This document shows positions 16,370-25,454 of a stretch of 31,351 bases of DNA, piece by piece. The position numbers and the translations under genes are program-made. The DNA lies in the IMG/VR virus record IMGVR_UViG_3300025296_000078, positions 1 through 31,351 of that record. One strand, written 5' to 3'. Source of the stretch: a virus (Duplodnaviria > Caudoviricetes). Each line of letters starts with the position of its first letter. Position 1 is the first letter of the stretch. The notes beneath the pieces were generated by a model. The model ran no database searches. It saw only the letters and a list, made by a program, of their open reading frames with translations, and was not told where the DNA came from.

Positions 16370-16792
16370 ATGCGTCGGAAGATTGCTAGCTATACAGTGC
16401 CTCTCCTTAATAAAGGTACGCCTAGTCTTCAACACACCTTATCCAAGGTGGCTCAGAAAGCTCCATCTCCACAAGAGATTGGTCGCCTTAATGATCGCTT
16501 TGCGATTGTTAAACCTGAGCGAGTAATGGGTGCTCCTTATATCTCAGAGAAGGTCGAGTTACGGCGACCTGTCAACCTTTGCCCAACTTGTTGGCGCAAA
16601 TATAGTGGTTGGTGGAAAGCTAATGACTATAAACCTGATTGGGGATATCTATGGAGAACGAACTGTGATGGCTGTTCAATCAAAATGATTCTATGTAATT
16701 CCTTCTATCCAGAAGAAAATTTCTATCGGATTATGACCGAAGCTTATGGTCGCGAACCTAATCCTAATAAAACAATTTATTTTGAAACGTAA
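16370..16792 (+). CDS. hypothetical Zn-binding protein
   Basis: CPTC...CDGC. Confidence 0.65.
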   Translation: MRRKIASYTVPLLNKGTPSLQHTLSKVAQKAPSPQEIGRLNDRFAIVKPERVMGAPYISEKVELRRPVNLCPTCWRKYSGWWKANDYKPDWGYLWRTNCDGCSIKMILCNSFYPEENFYRIMTEAYGREPNPNKTIYFET

Positions 16793-16801
16793 GGAGATAA
16801 C

Positions 16802-17527
16802 TTGAGATATTCATACTCTTTCTCAGGCTCTAGCGGGCTCAAAATGACCTACAAAGTTGGCGCAACTGTAGTTGCGGGACAACCTGTGGTTTGGATTACT
16901 GGAAGTGATGGCACAGCGGAAGATCCCGCTTCTGTCACTGACCTCACTAATGCTCTTGGTGTGACAACTCATGCTGCGACATTAGACACTACCCAAGGTA
17001 ATACTGAGGGTATTGTTGAAGTGATGGTTGATCCGCTTGCAGTTTTCAACTCCAAAGTAGTTCCCTCTGCGACTGCAGATACCAACTATGCCGATGGCGA
17101 TGGTTACTACCTAACTGCTGACAGTGCTAACACTGCTGGTACAACGGTAGCGGACAGTGCTGCGGGTGGTTCTAATGATGATATGAATGACGGAATGGTC
17201 TTCTGCATCAGTGGTGCCAATGTAGGTCAAAGTCGTGTAATGACGGATCACGTAGCTTCTACATCTGTAATAACTACGGTACCTTTCCTGAATGATATCG
17301 CGGCTGGAGACTCTTTTGTGGCTTCTCAATATGCGCCTGGTGTTATTGCTGTTCAAATGACGACTGATTTCTCTCAGTTGAATGGAACTGTCGCAGGTGC
17401 CACTGGTGGCGAAGCTGTTGTTGTTAACGTCTATGTAGACACATCTGGTGAAGGTTATTCTAAAACGACTCCGCATCTTAGTACGGTGTTTGTTATGCAG
17501 GATCATGCCTTCAACTCGGTCGCTTAA
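16802..17527 (+). CDS. capsid decoration/cement protein (putative)
   Basis: TTG start with AAGGAG RBS; T/A/G/V-rich beta protein immediately before the major capsid gene. Confidence 0.65.
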   Translation: MRYSYSFSGSSGLKMTYKVGATVVAGQPVVWITGSDGTAEDPASVTDLTNALGVTTHAATLDTTQGNTEGIVEVMVDPLAVFNSKVVPSATADTNYADGDGYYLTADSANTAGTTVADSAAGGSNDDMNDGMVFCISGANVGQSRVMTDHVASTSVITTVPFLNDIAAGDSFVASQYAPGVIAVQMTTDFSQLNGTVAGATGGEAVVVNVYVDTSGEGYSKTTPHLSTVFVMQDHAFNSVA

Positions 17528-17546
17528 TAGGAAGAAAGGATAGAAA

Positions 17547-18482
17547 ATGGCTGTACCACTTACTACTGCTGGTTTTCCAGATGTCCTCGATCCTCGCTTC
17601 CAAGAGATTCGAGACGGTCTGGAAGATCGACCAGAAGACAAAATCAGTGAGTTCTTTAATGTAGTGAACTCGACTATTGAGGTTGAACGCGGATCAGCGT
17701 TGACCCCAATGGGTAACTTTCAACAGTTCTCCGGCGACGGCGGTTCTGGAACGGTCCCTTACGATGGACCAGACCAAGGATACGATTGGAACGCAACTCA
17801 CATTGAGTGGGCACTGGGTATCCAGATCGAAAGACGCCTTTGGCAGTTTGATCAATTTAACGTGATCGACGGTCGAATGGAGAACCTTGTAGATTCGGCG
17901 TTTGAGACCCGTCAGGGTCATGCTGCAGGAGTTGCGTTTAACGACTCCTTCTCAGCTTCGTCTAGTTTCTACAATCATACTGAGAGTGTTGCTATTTTTA
18001 GCAACTCTCACACAACCCTAAGACCAGGTGTCTCCACATCAAGTGGATTTGATAACTTGGTCACTTCTGCCCTTAGCCCTGCAGCACTTTCCAGTGCGCG
18101 TACCCAGGCTAGGCTCTTACGTGATGACGCTGGTCGTCGTCGTGGTTTTGAGCCAGATGCCTTGGTTGTCCCAGTTGATCTGGAATATCGAGCGTTGGAA
18201 ATTATGCAGACGCAAAAAGGGCTGGATTCTGCCGACCAGAATAAAAACATTCTGGCAGGCAAATTCCGTGTAATCCCTTGGCAGTACATCGATGATACCA
18301 ATGATTGGTTTTTGGTGAACACGGCGAAGATGAAGAAGAATCTCAGCATGTACGAAGCGACTCCAACAGAGTTTGCTAGAGTTGAGGACTTCGACACCTT
18401 GATCGCCAAGTTCAGGGGATACATGACTTACACCTTCGGTAGAGCCGATTGGCGGTTCGGAGTTGGTGCCCAAGTCAGCTAA
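17547..18482 (+). CDS. major capsid protein, Mu gpT-like
   Basis: PDALVVPVDLEYRALEI, DTNDWFL, EDFDT...YTFGRADWRFG motifs; 311 aa; followed by hairpin. Confidence 0.9.
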   Translation: MAVPLTTAGFPDVLDPRFQEIRDGLEDRPEDKISEFFNVVNSTIEVERGSALTPMGNFQQFSGDGGSGTVPYDGPDQGYDWNATHIEWALGIQIERRLWQFDQFNVIDGRMENLVDSAFETRQGHAAGVAFNDSFSASSSFYNHTESVAIFSNSHTTLRPGVSTSSGFDNLVTSALSPAALSSARTQARLLRDDAGRRRGFEPDALVVPVDLEYRALEIMQTQKGLDSADQNKNILAGKFRVIPWQYIDDTNDWFLVNTAKMKKNLSMYEATPTEFARVEDFDTLIAKFRGYMTYTFGRADWRFGVGAQVS

Positions 18483-18489
18483 ACTGTCT

Positions 18490-18527
18490 GAGGGTGGGGG
18501 TTTCCTTCTCCCACCCTCCAGTATTTT
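18490..18527 (+). terminator. hairpin/terminator after major capsid gene
   Basis: GAGGGTGGG/CCCACCCTC stem followed by TATTTT. Confidence 0.55.
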
Positions 18528-18539
18528 GTAAGGAGAATT

Positions 18540-19433
18540 ATGGCAATTCCAAGAATTAAAGGCTTACCCGTTATCAGCGGGTTGCCTGTAAAATCTCTAT
18601 TTAAGCAACCCATTTTTGTTGATTCAAGTACAGGTGCAAGTGATAACGATGGTAAAAATCCTGATCATCCTGTAGATAGTATTTCTAATGCATTTAAAAA
18701 AGATCGAGTAGCTGCTAACGGTCTTATCATTGTACTCCCTGGTCATAGTGAAGATGTCACTGCAGCCAACGGTATCCTCTGTGATATCGCAGGTGTTCAT
18801 GTCCTGGGTCTAGGGGAGGGTTCTGCGCGATCCACAATCAACTTCACTACGGTTGTCGGGGCGGATATTCAAGTTGATGCAGCAAATATCACTTTTGAGA
18901 ATATATACTTTAATGCGACTGGTGTTGATGCACTAACCGGCCCTATCGATGTTAATGCTGCCAACTTCACCCTACGTAACTGTGAGGTTCTTTTGGCGTC
19001 TGCTAGTGGACAGTGTGCAGACTTCCTTGTGGGTGATTCCGATGCTGATGACTTGCTTGTTGAAGATTGCTTGTTTAGGGGAAGCACCGATGCTGGCGCA
19101 CAATCGGCTATTCAGATTGTAGGCAGTGATCATCCGGTGATTAGACGTAATGTCATTTATGGGGACTTTGCTGTATCACCTATCGAGAATGTGACTACAG
19201 CTTGTACCCGTGTAGATATTGCACACAATGACATGGATAACTACAATGCCAATGATTTTTGTATCTCGCTTGTAGGCACCACAGATGGATCTATTCGGTA
19301 CAACTCCATGAGAGTTGCCACAAATGGTCAGGTCACCTGGGTCACAACCACTAATGATTGCTCGCTTTATGAGAATTATGGTGTGAACGCTGATGCTGAG
19401 ACCGGAATGATTGTTGGTACTGCTTCATCATAA
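18540..19433 (+). CDS. right-handed beta-helix (pectin-lyase-fold) virion protein
   Basis: IFVDSSTGASDNDG, IIVLPGHSE, NITFENIYF, FTLRNC, LLVEDCLF, VIRRNVI coil repeats. Confidence 0.75.
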   Translation: MAIPRIKGLPVISGLPVKSLFKQPIFVDSSTGASDNDGKNPDHPVDSISNAFKKDRVAANGLIIVLPGHSEDVTAANGILCDIAGVHVLGLGEGSARSTINFTTVVGADIQVDAANITFENIYFNATGVDALTGPIDVNAANFTLRNCEVLLASASGQCADFLVGDSDADDLLVEDCLFRGSTDAGAQSAIQIVGSDHPVIRRNVIYGDFAVSPIENVTTACTRVDIAHNDMDNYNANDFCISLVGTTDGSIRYNSMRVATNGQVTWVTTTNDCSLYENYGVNADAETGMIVGTASS

Positions 19434-19444
19434 TCAAGGTAGAT

Positions 19445-19531
19445 ATGGCTAAAAAGAAAAGTAAGAAAAAATCCTATAAGAAAGGTAAAAAAAGTAAAAA
19501 TGTCAAAAAGTCATATTCGAAACGCTACTAA
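19445..19531 (+). CDS. 28-aa lysine-rich peptide
   Basis: MAKKKSKKKSYKKGKKSKNVKKSYSKRY*, AAGGT RBS-like sequence, fills the gap after the beta-helix gene. Confidence 0.5.
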   Translation: MAKKKSKKKSYKKGKKSKNVKKSYSKRY

Positions 19532-19685
19532 CTTTCACGGCAAACCTAAAGGCTGGACCTTCGATGGAGGCTTCAACCTTGGCTTTGAAGGTAGTTGGGT
19601 TTCAGGTTCTAAAAACAGTAAATCAAGTATGTCATCGTATTTTAAAACCCCTAAACCACTAGGTAAGAAAGGTAAAAAAATATAA
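19500..19685 (+). CDS. small basic hypothetical protein
   Basis: 61 aa, K/S/G-rich, TAATG coupling to the next gene. Confidence 0.6.
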   Translation: MSKSHIRNATNFHGKPKGWTFDGGFNLGFEGSWVSGSKNSKSSMSSYFKTPKPLGKKGKKI

Positions 19686-20467
19686 TGCAGAAGTATGAAC
19701 CCTTCTCAAAGCGGGAAGCTCTTCAACAGAGAGTTTCTGACTCAGAACGGATTCTTTCTAAAAGTGAGCAGCAGGGTGGAATTGCTAATCTCAATCCCGT
19801 CCGCAAGCGACTTCAGAAAGATCGGGAAAGACTGGTAGCTGCTACACCCCCTGATATTGATGGGAAGATTAAGGATAAGGTGAAATACCGCCTTAATAAT
19901 TTAGAAGCTGCTATCAAGAACGGTCGTCCGCGAGAAGGGCATCCACCTATGCCCTCCAGACAGCAAATGGAGGGTAATGGTGTAGGTGATGCTGATCAGC
20001 ATTATCAATGGGAACAGTGGATCAAGAATCACAATATTGATGCCAAGGGTGACCCTATGCGAATTGATCCTAGAAAGGGTCAACAGGGCATGTGGGATGA
20101 ATGGAAAGATCACCGGAGAACCATGTACAAAGATCGGGAAGAGTATGCAAGAGATCTTGCATCTATTGAAGTTCTTCGACCTGATAAGTCACAAAAAAGT
20201 GAGTTCATGAACTACGACCGCAAATCCTATATGCCAATACAGCATAAGACGGCCGAGCAGGTTGCAGAGATAACTGGTGGAGAAGTCAATCCTATATCTA
20301 AATTGGCTGATGAGATGCCGAATCTTAGTCCTATTGAAATGTTGGACAAAGCCAATGTGATGCCTACACAAGTTAAAAATCAATGTTGTGGTTTGACCGC
20401 TAGTGGCTCTCGCTGTAAGACATACCTTGCGGCTGGTAAAACACACTGCAAGAGACATAAGGAATAA
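19685..20467 (+). CDS. hypothetical protein with C-terminal CCCH Zn finger
   Basis: CCGLTASGSRCKTYLAAGKTHCKRH. Confidence 0.7.
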   Translation: MQKYEPFSKREALQQRVSDSERILSKSEQQGGIANLNPVRKRLQKDRERLVAATPPDIDGKIKDKVKYRLNNLEAAIKNGRPREGHPPMPSRQQMEGNGVGDADQHYQWEQWIKNHNIDAKGDPMRIDPRKGQQGMWDEWKDHRRTMYKDREEYARDLASIEVLRPDKSQKSEFMNYDRKSYMPIQHKTAEQVAEITGGEVNPISKLADEMPNLSPIEMLDKANVMPTQVKNQCCGLTASGSRCKTYLAAGKTHCKRHKE

Positions 20468-20470
20468 GAA

Positions 20471-21502
20471 ATGGCTTTTCCATACGTTAGTTCTAAGGGA
20501 TTTGAAACTGGAAGCAATGCTGAATTTGATTCAGAATCAGATAGTGCCAATCTATTAGACTTCCCTCATTATCGAACAACAGTCGCTGCGCATAATGTGC
20601 TTCCATACAGTGGAGCTTATTGTGCCAGAGTCAACATCTCAGGAACCGGTACTGCCGATGCTGAGGTTTTAGAGACTGGTGATTTTGACATGGCATCGGA
20701 TGTAACTCGATACCTTGGTTTTGCTCTAATGATGGGTGTACCAGGAACGGGTAACAACTTCACAATGGCTGATGCTGATCGTTTTGGAATCATGGCGATT
20801 ACCGCTTCTGGTACTAAGCACGTTGCACTGGATTTCAGACGTGATGGTTCTAGTTATGAATTAGTTGTAGCCCAGAACTCATCCGGCACCAATATCACAA
20901 CAACTGCTTTTAATTTTGGTGAGTGGCACTGGCTTGAATTTGCACTTGCTTATGATGGTGCTGGTGATGCATCTGGCACGATTGATTTTTATATTGATGG
21001 TGGTCAGGTTGGATCTCAGATTGCTAGTTTAACTCAGGCAACATCAACGGATGTACGATTTGGTCTTCAAGAGAAGGATGCTGGTACAACTGCAGGTACT
21101 TTCTTTATTGACAACATAACCTTCGACGACACCAATAGAGTTAGACCTTATCCTGGTCACGGGAATCAGCGTCTAGAGTGGCCTAATAATCGGCATTGGG
21201 TAGACGGCAGAAATCATCATGTTGTTGGTCCTGGTGTTGCAAATATTTATTTGACTGGTTCAAGCACTGATGCTGATCTACTTGTCTATGACTCTGAGAA
21301 TGCTACAAATAACGGCACACATCTACTTGCTCATATTCGGACTGCTGCTGATGATGTAAGTCGTAAGCATCGAGTTCACTTCAACAAGGGACTCTATTTA
21401 GTACCGTCTGGTACAAATCCTCAAGCCTATGTGGATGTTATTGACAGTGCCTATACAAGTGCTGGAATGATTAAGAATCTGGCAAGCAGAGGAAGTCCTT
21501 AA
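20471..21502 (+). CDS. concanavalin/LamG-like beta-sandwich virion protein
   Basis: GFETG, GEWHWLEF, GTIDFYIDG, FFIDNITF motifs. Confidence 0.65.
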   Translation: MAFPYVSSKGFETGSNAEFDSESDSANLLDFPHYRTTVAAHNVLPYSGAYCARVNISGTGTADAEVLETGDFDMASDVTRYLGFALMMGVPGTGNNFTMADADRFGIMAITASGTKHVALDFRRDGSSYELVVAQNSSGTNITTTAFNFGEWHWLEFALAYDGAGDASGTIDFYIDGGQVGSQIASLTQATSTDVRFGLQEKDAGTTAGTFFIDNITFDDTNRVRPYPGHGNQRLEWPNNRHWVDGRNHHVVGPGVANIYLTGSSTDADLLVYDSENATNNGTHLLAHIRTAADDVSRKHRVHFNKGLYLVPSGTNPQAYVDVIDSAYTSAGMIKNLASRGSP

Positions 21503-21762
21503 TGTATAAGATCCTATTTTCTTGTGATGGCTGTGGATCTAAGATGAGTGATGAAGAGACTGAAGCTTCATCTAAAGAGGCTCACGCCTTTTCAAACCCT
21601 CCACCACAAGAAGTATTCTGTAATCGTTGTATACCGATTGCTCAGGATTATTGGACTTCTAGGGCTGATGAACTACAAAAAGTTGTGTCTGAGATGCACA
21701 ATCGTCTTGTTAATCATCGGAATCGTTTCTTTCAAGGTAATACTTTGAAGGCTGTCAAGTGA
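21502..21762 (+). CDS. small Zn-binding protein
   Basis: CDGC...CNRC, coupled at both ends. Confidence 0.65.
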   Translation: MYKILFSCDGCGSKMSDEETEASSKEAHAFSNPPPQEVFCNRCIPIAQDYWTSRADELQKVVSEMHNRLVNHRNRFFQGNTLKAVK

Positions 21763-22424
21763 AGGTCCGTAGGTTAATTGAACAGATTGAGCGACGTGCT
21801 CAACATAAGCTAACTCGTAGTGTTCCTGAGAATCATTATGAGATCCGGTTATTGATGTCTGAGAGTCTCAATGACTTAGCTGGCTATGGGGAGTTTGATT
21901 TTCTCAAGGTGGTAGCAGAACCACTAATTCAAACTGAGACAAGTGTACGCTCCTATGATCTACCCGAAGAATTTCCCATGAACTTCTGTTCCTATGTTGA
22001 TCCCATTACAGGAGAAAGTTCCTACGCTTGTAAGATTGATGACGGCTCTTCAGGATCATCAATTCCTTATGAAGCTCCAGAACGATTCCATAGTAGAGAT
22101 CTTTCTTCTGAAAGTGATTCCAGACCAGATCGCTATACAATTTTAACGCTGCCAAGTGGTGGTAGACAAATTGTTCTAAGTCCCCCACCTGATAGCACAG
22201 GGTATGTAATTCAAGGAACTTATGTTCCTAATGAATGGAAGCTGGATGATGATGATGAACTTCCAGTTCTTCCCAATAATTTTGCAGTTTTAAGATACGA
22301 CGTCTTACGGCAGATAGATCCAGATAACACGAAACACGAGCAACGTTGGGTACAAGCCTTCACCAATTTGATGATTCAACACGCTCAACAGAGTCCTGGT
22401 CAATTTTCTGTCCATCCTTTATAG
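21759..22424 (+). CDS. head-tail adaptor protein (putative)
   Basis: SYDLPEEF, RPDRYT, IVLSPPPD...Y, DDDELPVLP pattern of podovirus adaptors. Confidence 0.65.
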   Translation: MKVRRLIEQIERRAQHKLTRSVPENHYEIRLLMSESLNDLAGYGEFDFLKVVAEPLIQTETSVRSYDLPEEFPMNFCSYVDPITGESSYACKIDDGSSGSSIPYEAPERFHSRDLSSESDSRPDRYTILTLPSGGRQIVLSPPPDSTGYVIQGTYVPNEWKLDDDDELPVLPNNFAVLRYDVLRQIDPDNTKHEQRWVQAFTNLMIQHAQQSPGQFSVHPL

Positions 22425-22435
22425 GAGTTTATTTA

Positions 22436-22774
22436 ATGCCTGTTGCTAAATTCAAATTTACAATTGGAGAAGGTGCTAGAGAAATGCGATCTCTTAATTT
22501 AGAGGTTGCTGCTGATGAGTGGAGTTGGGATGAGTTCGAGGTAGCTACCGGAGTATCGGATAGCAGCATCCTTCCATCCAATATCACTACGATTGATGTG
22601 CTCTACATTGAGAGTGATCAAGTAATCAGCTACGAGCACAATGGTGCGGATACAACCATCACACTGGATGCAGACAAGGCTCACTGCCTATTTGGAACTA
22701 GTGTTACTGCATTAACTATCACCAATGCTAGTGGAAGCACAGCTAATATTAAGTTAGGAGTTTTTGGAACTTAA
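22436..22774 (+). CDS. small beta-rich virion protein
   Basis: Start moved to ATG 22436 after AGGAG; ends ITNASGSTANIKLGVFG. Confidence 0.65.
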   Translation: MPVAKFKFTIGEGAREMRSLNLEVAADEWSWDEFEVATGVSDSSILPSNITTIDVLYIESDQVISYEHNGADTTITLDADKAHCLFGTSVTALTITNASGSTANIKLGVFGT

Positions 22775-23481
22775 TGCCAACTATCCTGACATTGGCTAAC
22801 ATCCATGACGAGATCCGAAGGCGTTTCGGCGAGACTGATGCGAGTAATACGTCTATTACAGATACTGAGATTACCAGACAGGTGAATCAGTATACTCAAA
22901 GACTCCCTGCTAGAGCTTCACAATTAGGCAGGGAATTGGGCCTCGTAGCAGATGGCAAGACTATGCGTTTTGATATGTGGCGTACATCAACTAACTCTAC
23001 AACTTCCCCTGGTCCATCGAACTTAATTGTTACAGCGGGTTCTCAAAACATTGACTTCCCTAATGACTACGATCACTGGATTAGTTTTTATGATAGAACT
23101 CATACCAAACCAATCTATGTCGTTGAGGAAGTCTCTAGGTGGCTCTACGAAGAACTAAGAGATGCACCCTCTGGACCAACTAAAGCTGTTGAGATCCGAG
23201 GTTTCGTTAGCGGTAATGGGTCAGTATGGCGACGCAGAGGTCAACTGTGGCCCTCAGTAACCAGTGGGGTTACACCTTCCATTGAAATGCTTTATTGGAG
23301 GCTTCCCGCAGATTTAGAATCTGATGGGGATACACTAGATATAGATCACAAGTATGTGATGCTCCCTATATATGGGGCTATGTTAGAAGTATTACGTGAT
23401 GATGACCCTGCTTATACACGCTATGAACGGATGGAAGCAGGAATGCTTGTTGATTTAGCTAGATCAGGGAGGGCAACCTAA
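22774..23481 (+). CDS. second head-tail adaptor-like protein
   Basis: TLANIHDEIRRRFGE, IDFPNDY, LWPS, YWRLPADLESDGDTLDIDHKY...IYGA. Confidence 0.7.
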   Translation: MPTILTLANIHDEIRRRFGETDASNTSITDTEITRQVNQYTQRLPARASQLGRELGLVADGKTMRFDMWRTSTNSTTSPGPSNLIVTAGSQNIDFPNDYDHWISFYDRTHTKPIYVVEEVSRWLYEELRDAPSGPTKAVEIRGFVSGNGSVWRRRGQLWPSVTSGVTPSIEMLYWRLPADLESDGDTLDIDHKYVMLPIYGAMLEVLRDDDPAYTRYERMEAGMLVDLARSGRAT

Positions 23482-24986
23482 TGCCACTCCAGATAGCGCG
23501 TCAGGGTACACCCTACCGTAGTGACTTCCTAGATCTACGAGGGGGGTTAAACAACGCCAAATCAGATGAATTGATTCTTCCCAATGAACTATCCGATGTA
23601 AGTAATTACCTTCCCGATATCCACAAGAGTGGAGGGTTAATCAAGCGTAATGGTCTCACCGCAAAGTCTACCCCACAGAGTGAGGCTATCACTTCTGTGT
23701 TTGATGGGGTGGCTGATAATTATTTCACAACATCCACATCAATCAGAGACCTTGCAGGTACATCAGTAGACGGTAGTTTGACTAGCTCAACAGGTCCAGA
23801 CTGGGCACGTTTTGACGATACTAATCTTGGTAACATTGACATCTTTGTGAATGGAGCTGAAGAACGGCGATCAGCTAATGGTACAACTTGGGCAAACGTT
23901 TCTAATATGCCCAACTTCAAATACATTGAACCGTTCAATAGATTCCTATTTGGTGCAGGTCACGACAAAGGAAGAGTTCGCTGGAGTAATCCTGAAGATG
24001 TTGAAACATGGGATGCAGACAACGAGATTATCATCACGTTGGATGCTGAGAATGACATTACCGGTTTGATGTCGTTCCGTAATAACCTTGTTATATTTGC
24101 CGAGCGTAGCTTCCACCATATAGCAGGGTTTGATGAGAAGAGAATGACACTGCCATTCTCCAGTTACGAGATTGGCTGCACATCACATCGGTCTATTGTG
24201 AAGTGTCGCCACGGATTATTCTGGTGGAGTGATCAGGGACTAATTTGGTCCCCTGATGGATTCAACGTTTTTAATCCGTCTTTGGTAAAGATTCCTGACA
24301 CCATAAGAAGCCTCAACAAAGGTCAATATACTAATGTACACGGTATCTGGAATCCCAATCTAGAATGTATACAGATGTATGTGCATCGAGGAACATCCAC
24401 TACACAGGACTTGATGATTTCTTATTATCCTGGTGAAATTAATTCTCAGTCAACTGGATCAGAATCAAGGTTCGGGAGTTTCTGGGTAAGTCGTGGTGAT
24501 GGTGTGACAATGGGTGGAAGCGGTGTAGTCAAAGAAAGTGGCGAGAATAAGATCTATATCGGTTCGGCTGCAGCAGCAGGAAAACTCTTTGAGCAGACTG
24601 GTGACGACGATGTGGGATCACCCATTGCAGCTTACTTTGAAACTCAAAGAGAGTCAGCCAAGTTAGGTGAAGAGGCTTTGAAAAGATCTCGACGAATCAC
24701 TGCATTGTTTATTGCAAGTGGTGTACCCAAAGCGACTTATGGTGCATACATAGACGATTCCTTAAGTATTAGTGAGTCATTTGATCTTTCATTAACAGAA
24801 GCTGCTTTCGTATTGGATGTCAGTAAATTGGACGTGACTGCTCTAGGTATTGGAACTGCACCTACTCGTGAAGAGATTGGAATGCGACGACGGTTTCGTA
24901 AAATTAAACACAGAATATCTGATACCTCACAATTTAACACACGGTCACGCGGTATCATTAATAAAGGATTTGTTTTAAATGCCTAG
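23481..24986 (+). CDS. tail nozzle/stabilisation protein (P22 gp10 / tubular protein B-like)
   Basis: GGLN..., LIKRNG, RVRWSNPEDVETW, ITGLMSFRNNLVIF, IGCTSHRSIV beta-propeller motifs. Confidence 0.8.
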   Translation: MPLQIARQGTPYRSDFLDLRGGLNNAKSDELILPNELSDVSNYLPDIHKSGGLIKRNGLTAKSTPQSEAITSVFDGVADNYFTTSTSIRDLAGTSVDGSLTSSTGPDWARFDDTNLGNIDIFVNGAEERRSANGTTWANVSNMPNFKYIEPFNRFLFGAGHDKGRVRWSNPEDVETWDADNEIIITLDAENDITGLMSFRNNLVIFAERSFHHIAGFDEKRMTLPFSSYEIGCTSHRSIVKCRHGLFWWSDQGLIWSPDGFNVFNPSLVKIPDTIRSLNKGQYTNVHGIWNPNLECIQMYVHRGTSTTQDLMISYYPGEINSQSTGSESRFGSFWVSRGDGVTMGGSGVVKESGENKIYIGSAAAAGKLFEQTGDDDVGSPIAAYFETQRESAKLGEEALKRSRRITALFIASGVPKATYGAYIDDSLSISESFDLSLTEAAFVLDVSKLDVTALGIGTAPTREEIGMRRRFRKIKHRISDTSQFNTRSRGIINKGFVLNA

Positions 24987-25230
24987 ACCTGGATTCCAAC
25001 TATCACTATCTAATTATATGAGTAGAGTAGAAGAGGTTTGGGGTATCAAGGAGGTAGTAGCGTCTGCACCTGCTTTAGCCGATATGGCTGTAGGTGAAAT
25101 ATTTATTGGAGATGGTACTGAAAGCTCTCCGGCAGCGGGAAGTAATGCAATTTACTTTAAGCCAGATTCAGCAACTATTGTTGTTATTGCATCAAATGGT
25201 TCAAGTCTTGCAACGAGGAATATAACCTAA
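24979..25230 (+). CDS. small tail-associated protein
   Basis: 83 aa, overlapping operon arrangement. Confidence 0.6.
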   Translation: MPRPGFQLSLSNYMSRVEEVWGIKEVVASAPALADMAVGEIFIGDGTESSPAAGSNAIYFKPDSATIVVIASNGSSLATRNIT

Positions 25231-25454
25231 TGCCCAAAACTAAATTAGAACTTTCTAAACAAGAAGCACTCAAGGCTTATGACTTGCGGTTCCAAACTGC
25301 TGCAGCTCAAGCTAACTTTGCTTCTCTTAACCAACAACTCAATGATTATATTGAGGGACTCTGTAGTGCACATAATGTTGCTATAGAGACCCACGATTTG
25401 GATCTGTCAACTGGACGATTTGTAAAGAAAGAAGAGAATGGCAAACCGAGTTAA
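25230..25454 (+). CDS. small coiled-coil protein, possible tail fibre chaperone
   Basis: 74 aa, directly before the fibre gene. Confidence 0.55.
   Translation: MPKTKLELSKQEALKAYDLRFQTAAAQANFASLNQQLNDYIEGLCSAHNVAIETHDLDLSTGRFVKKEENGKPS

Noticed and set aside
17111-18473. Antisense ORFs over decoration and capsid genes (also 26145-26690)
   Set aside because: Shadow frames of strongly supported plus-strand genes, no RBS or recognisable motifs
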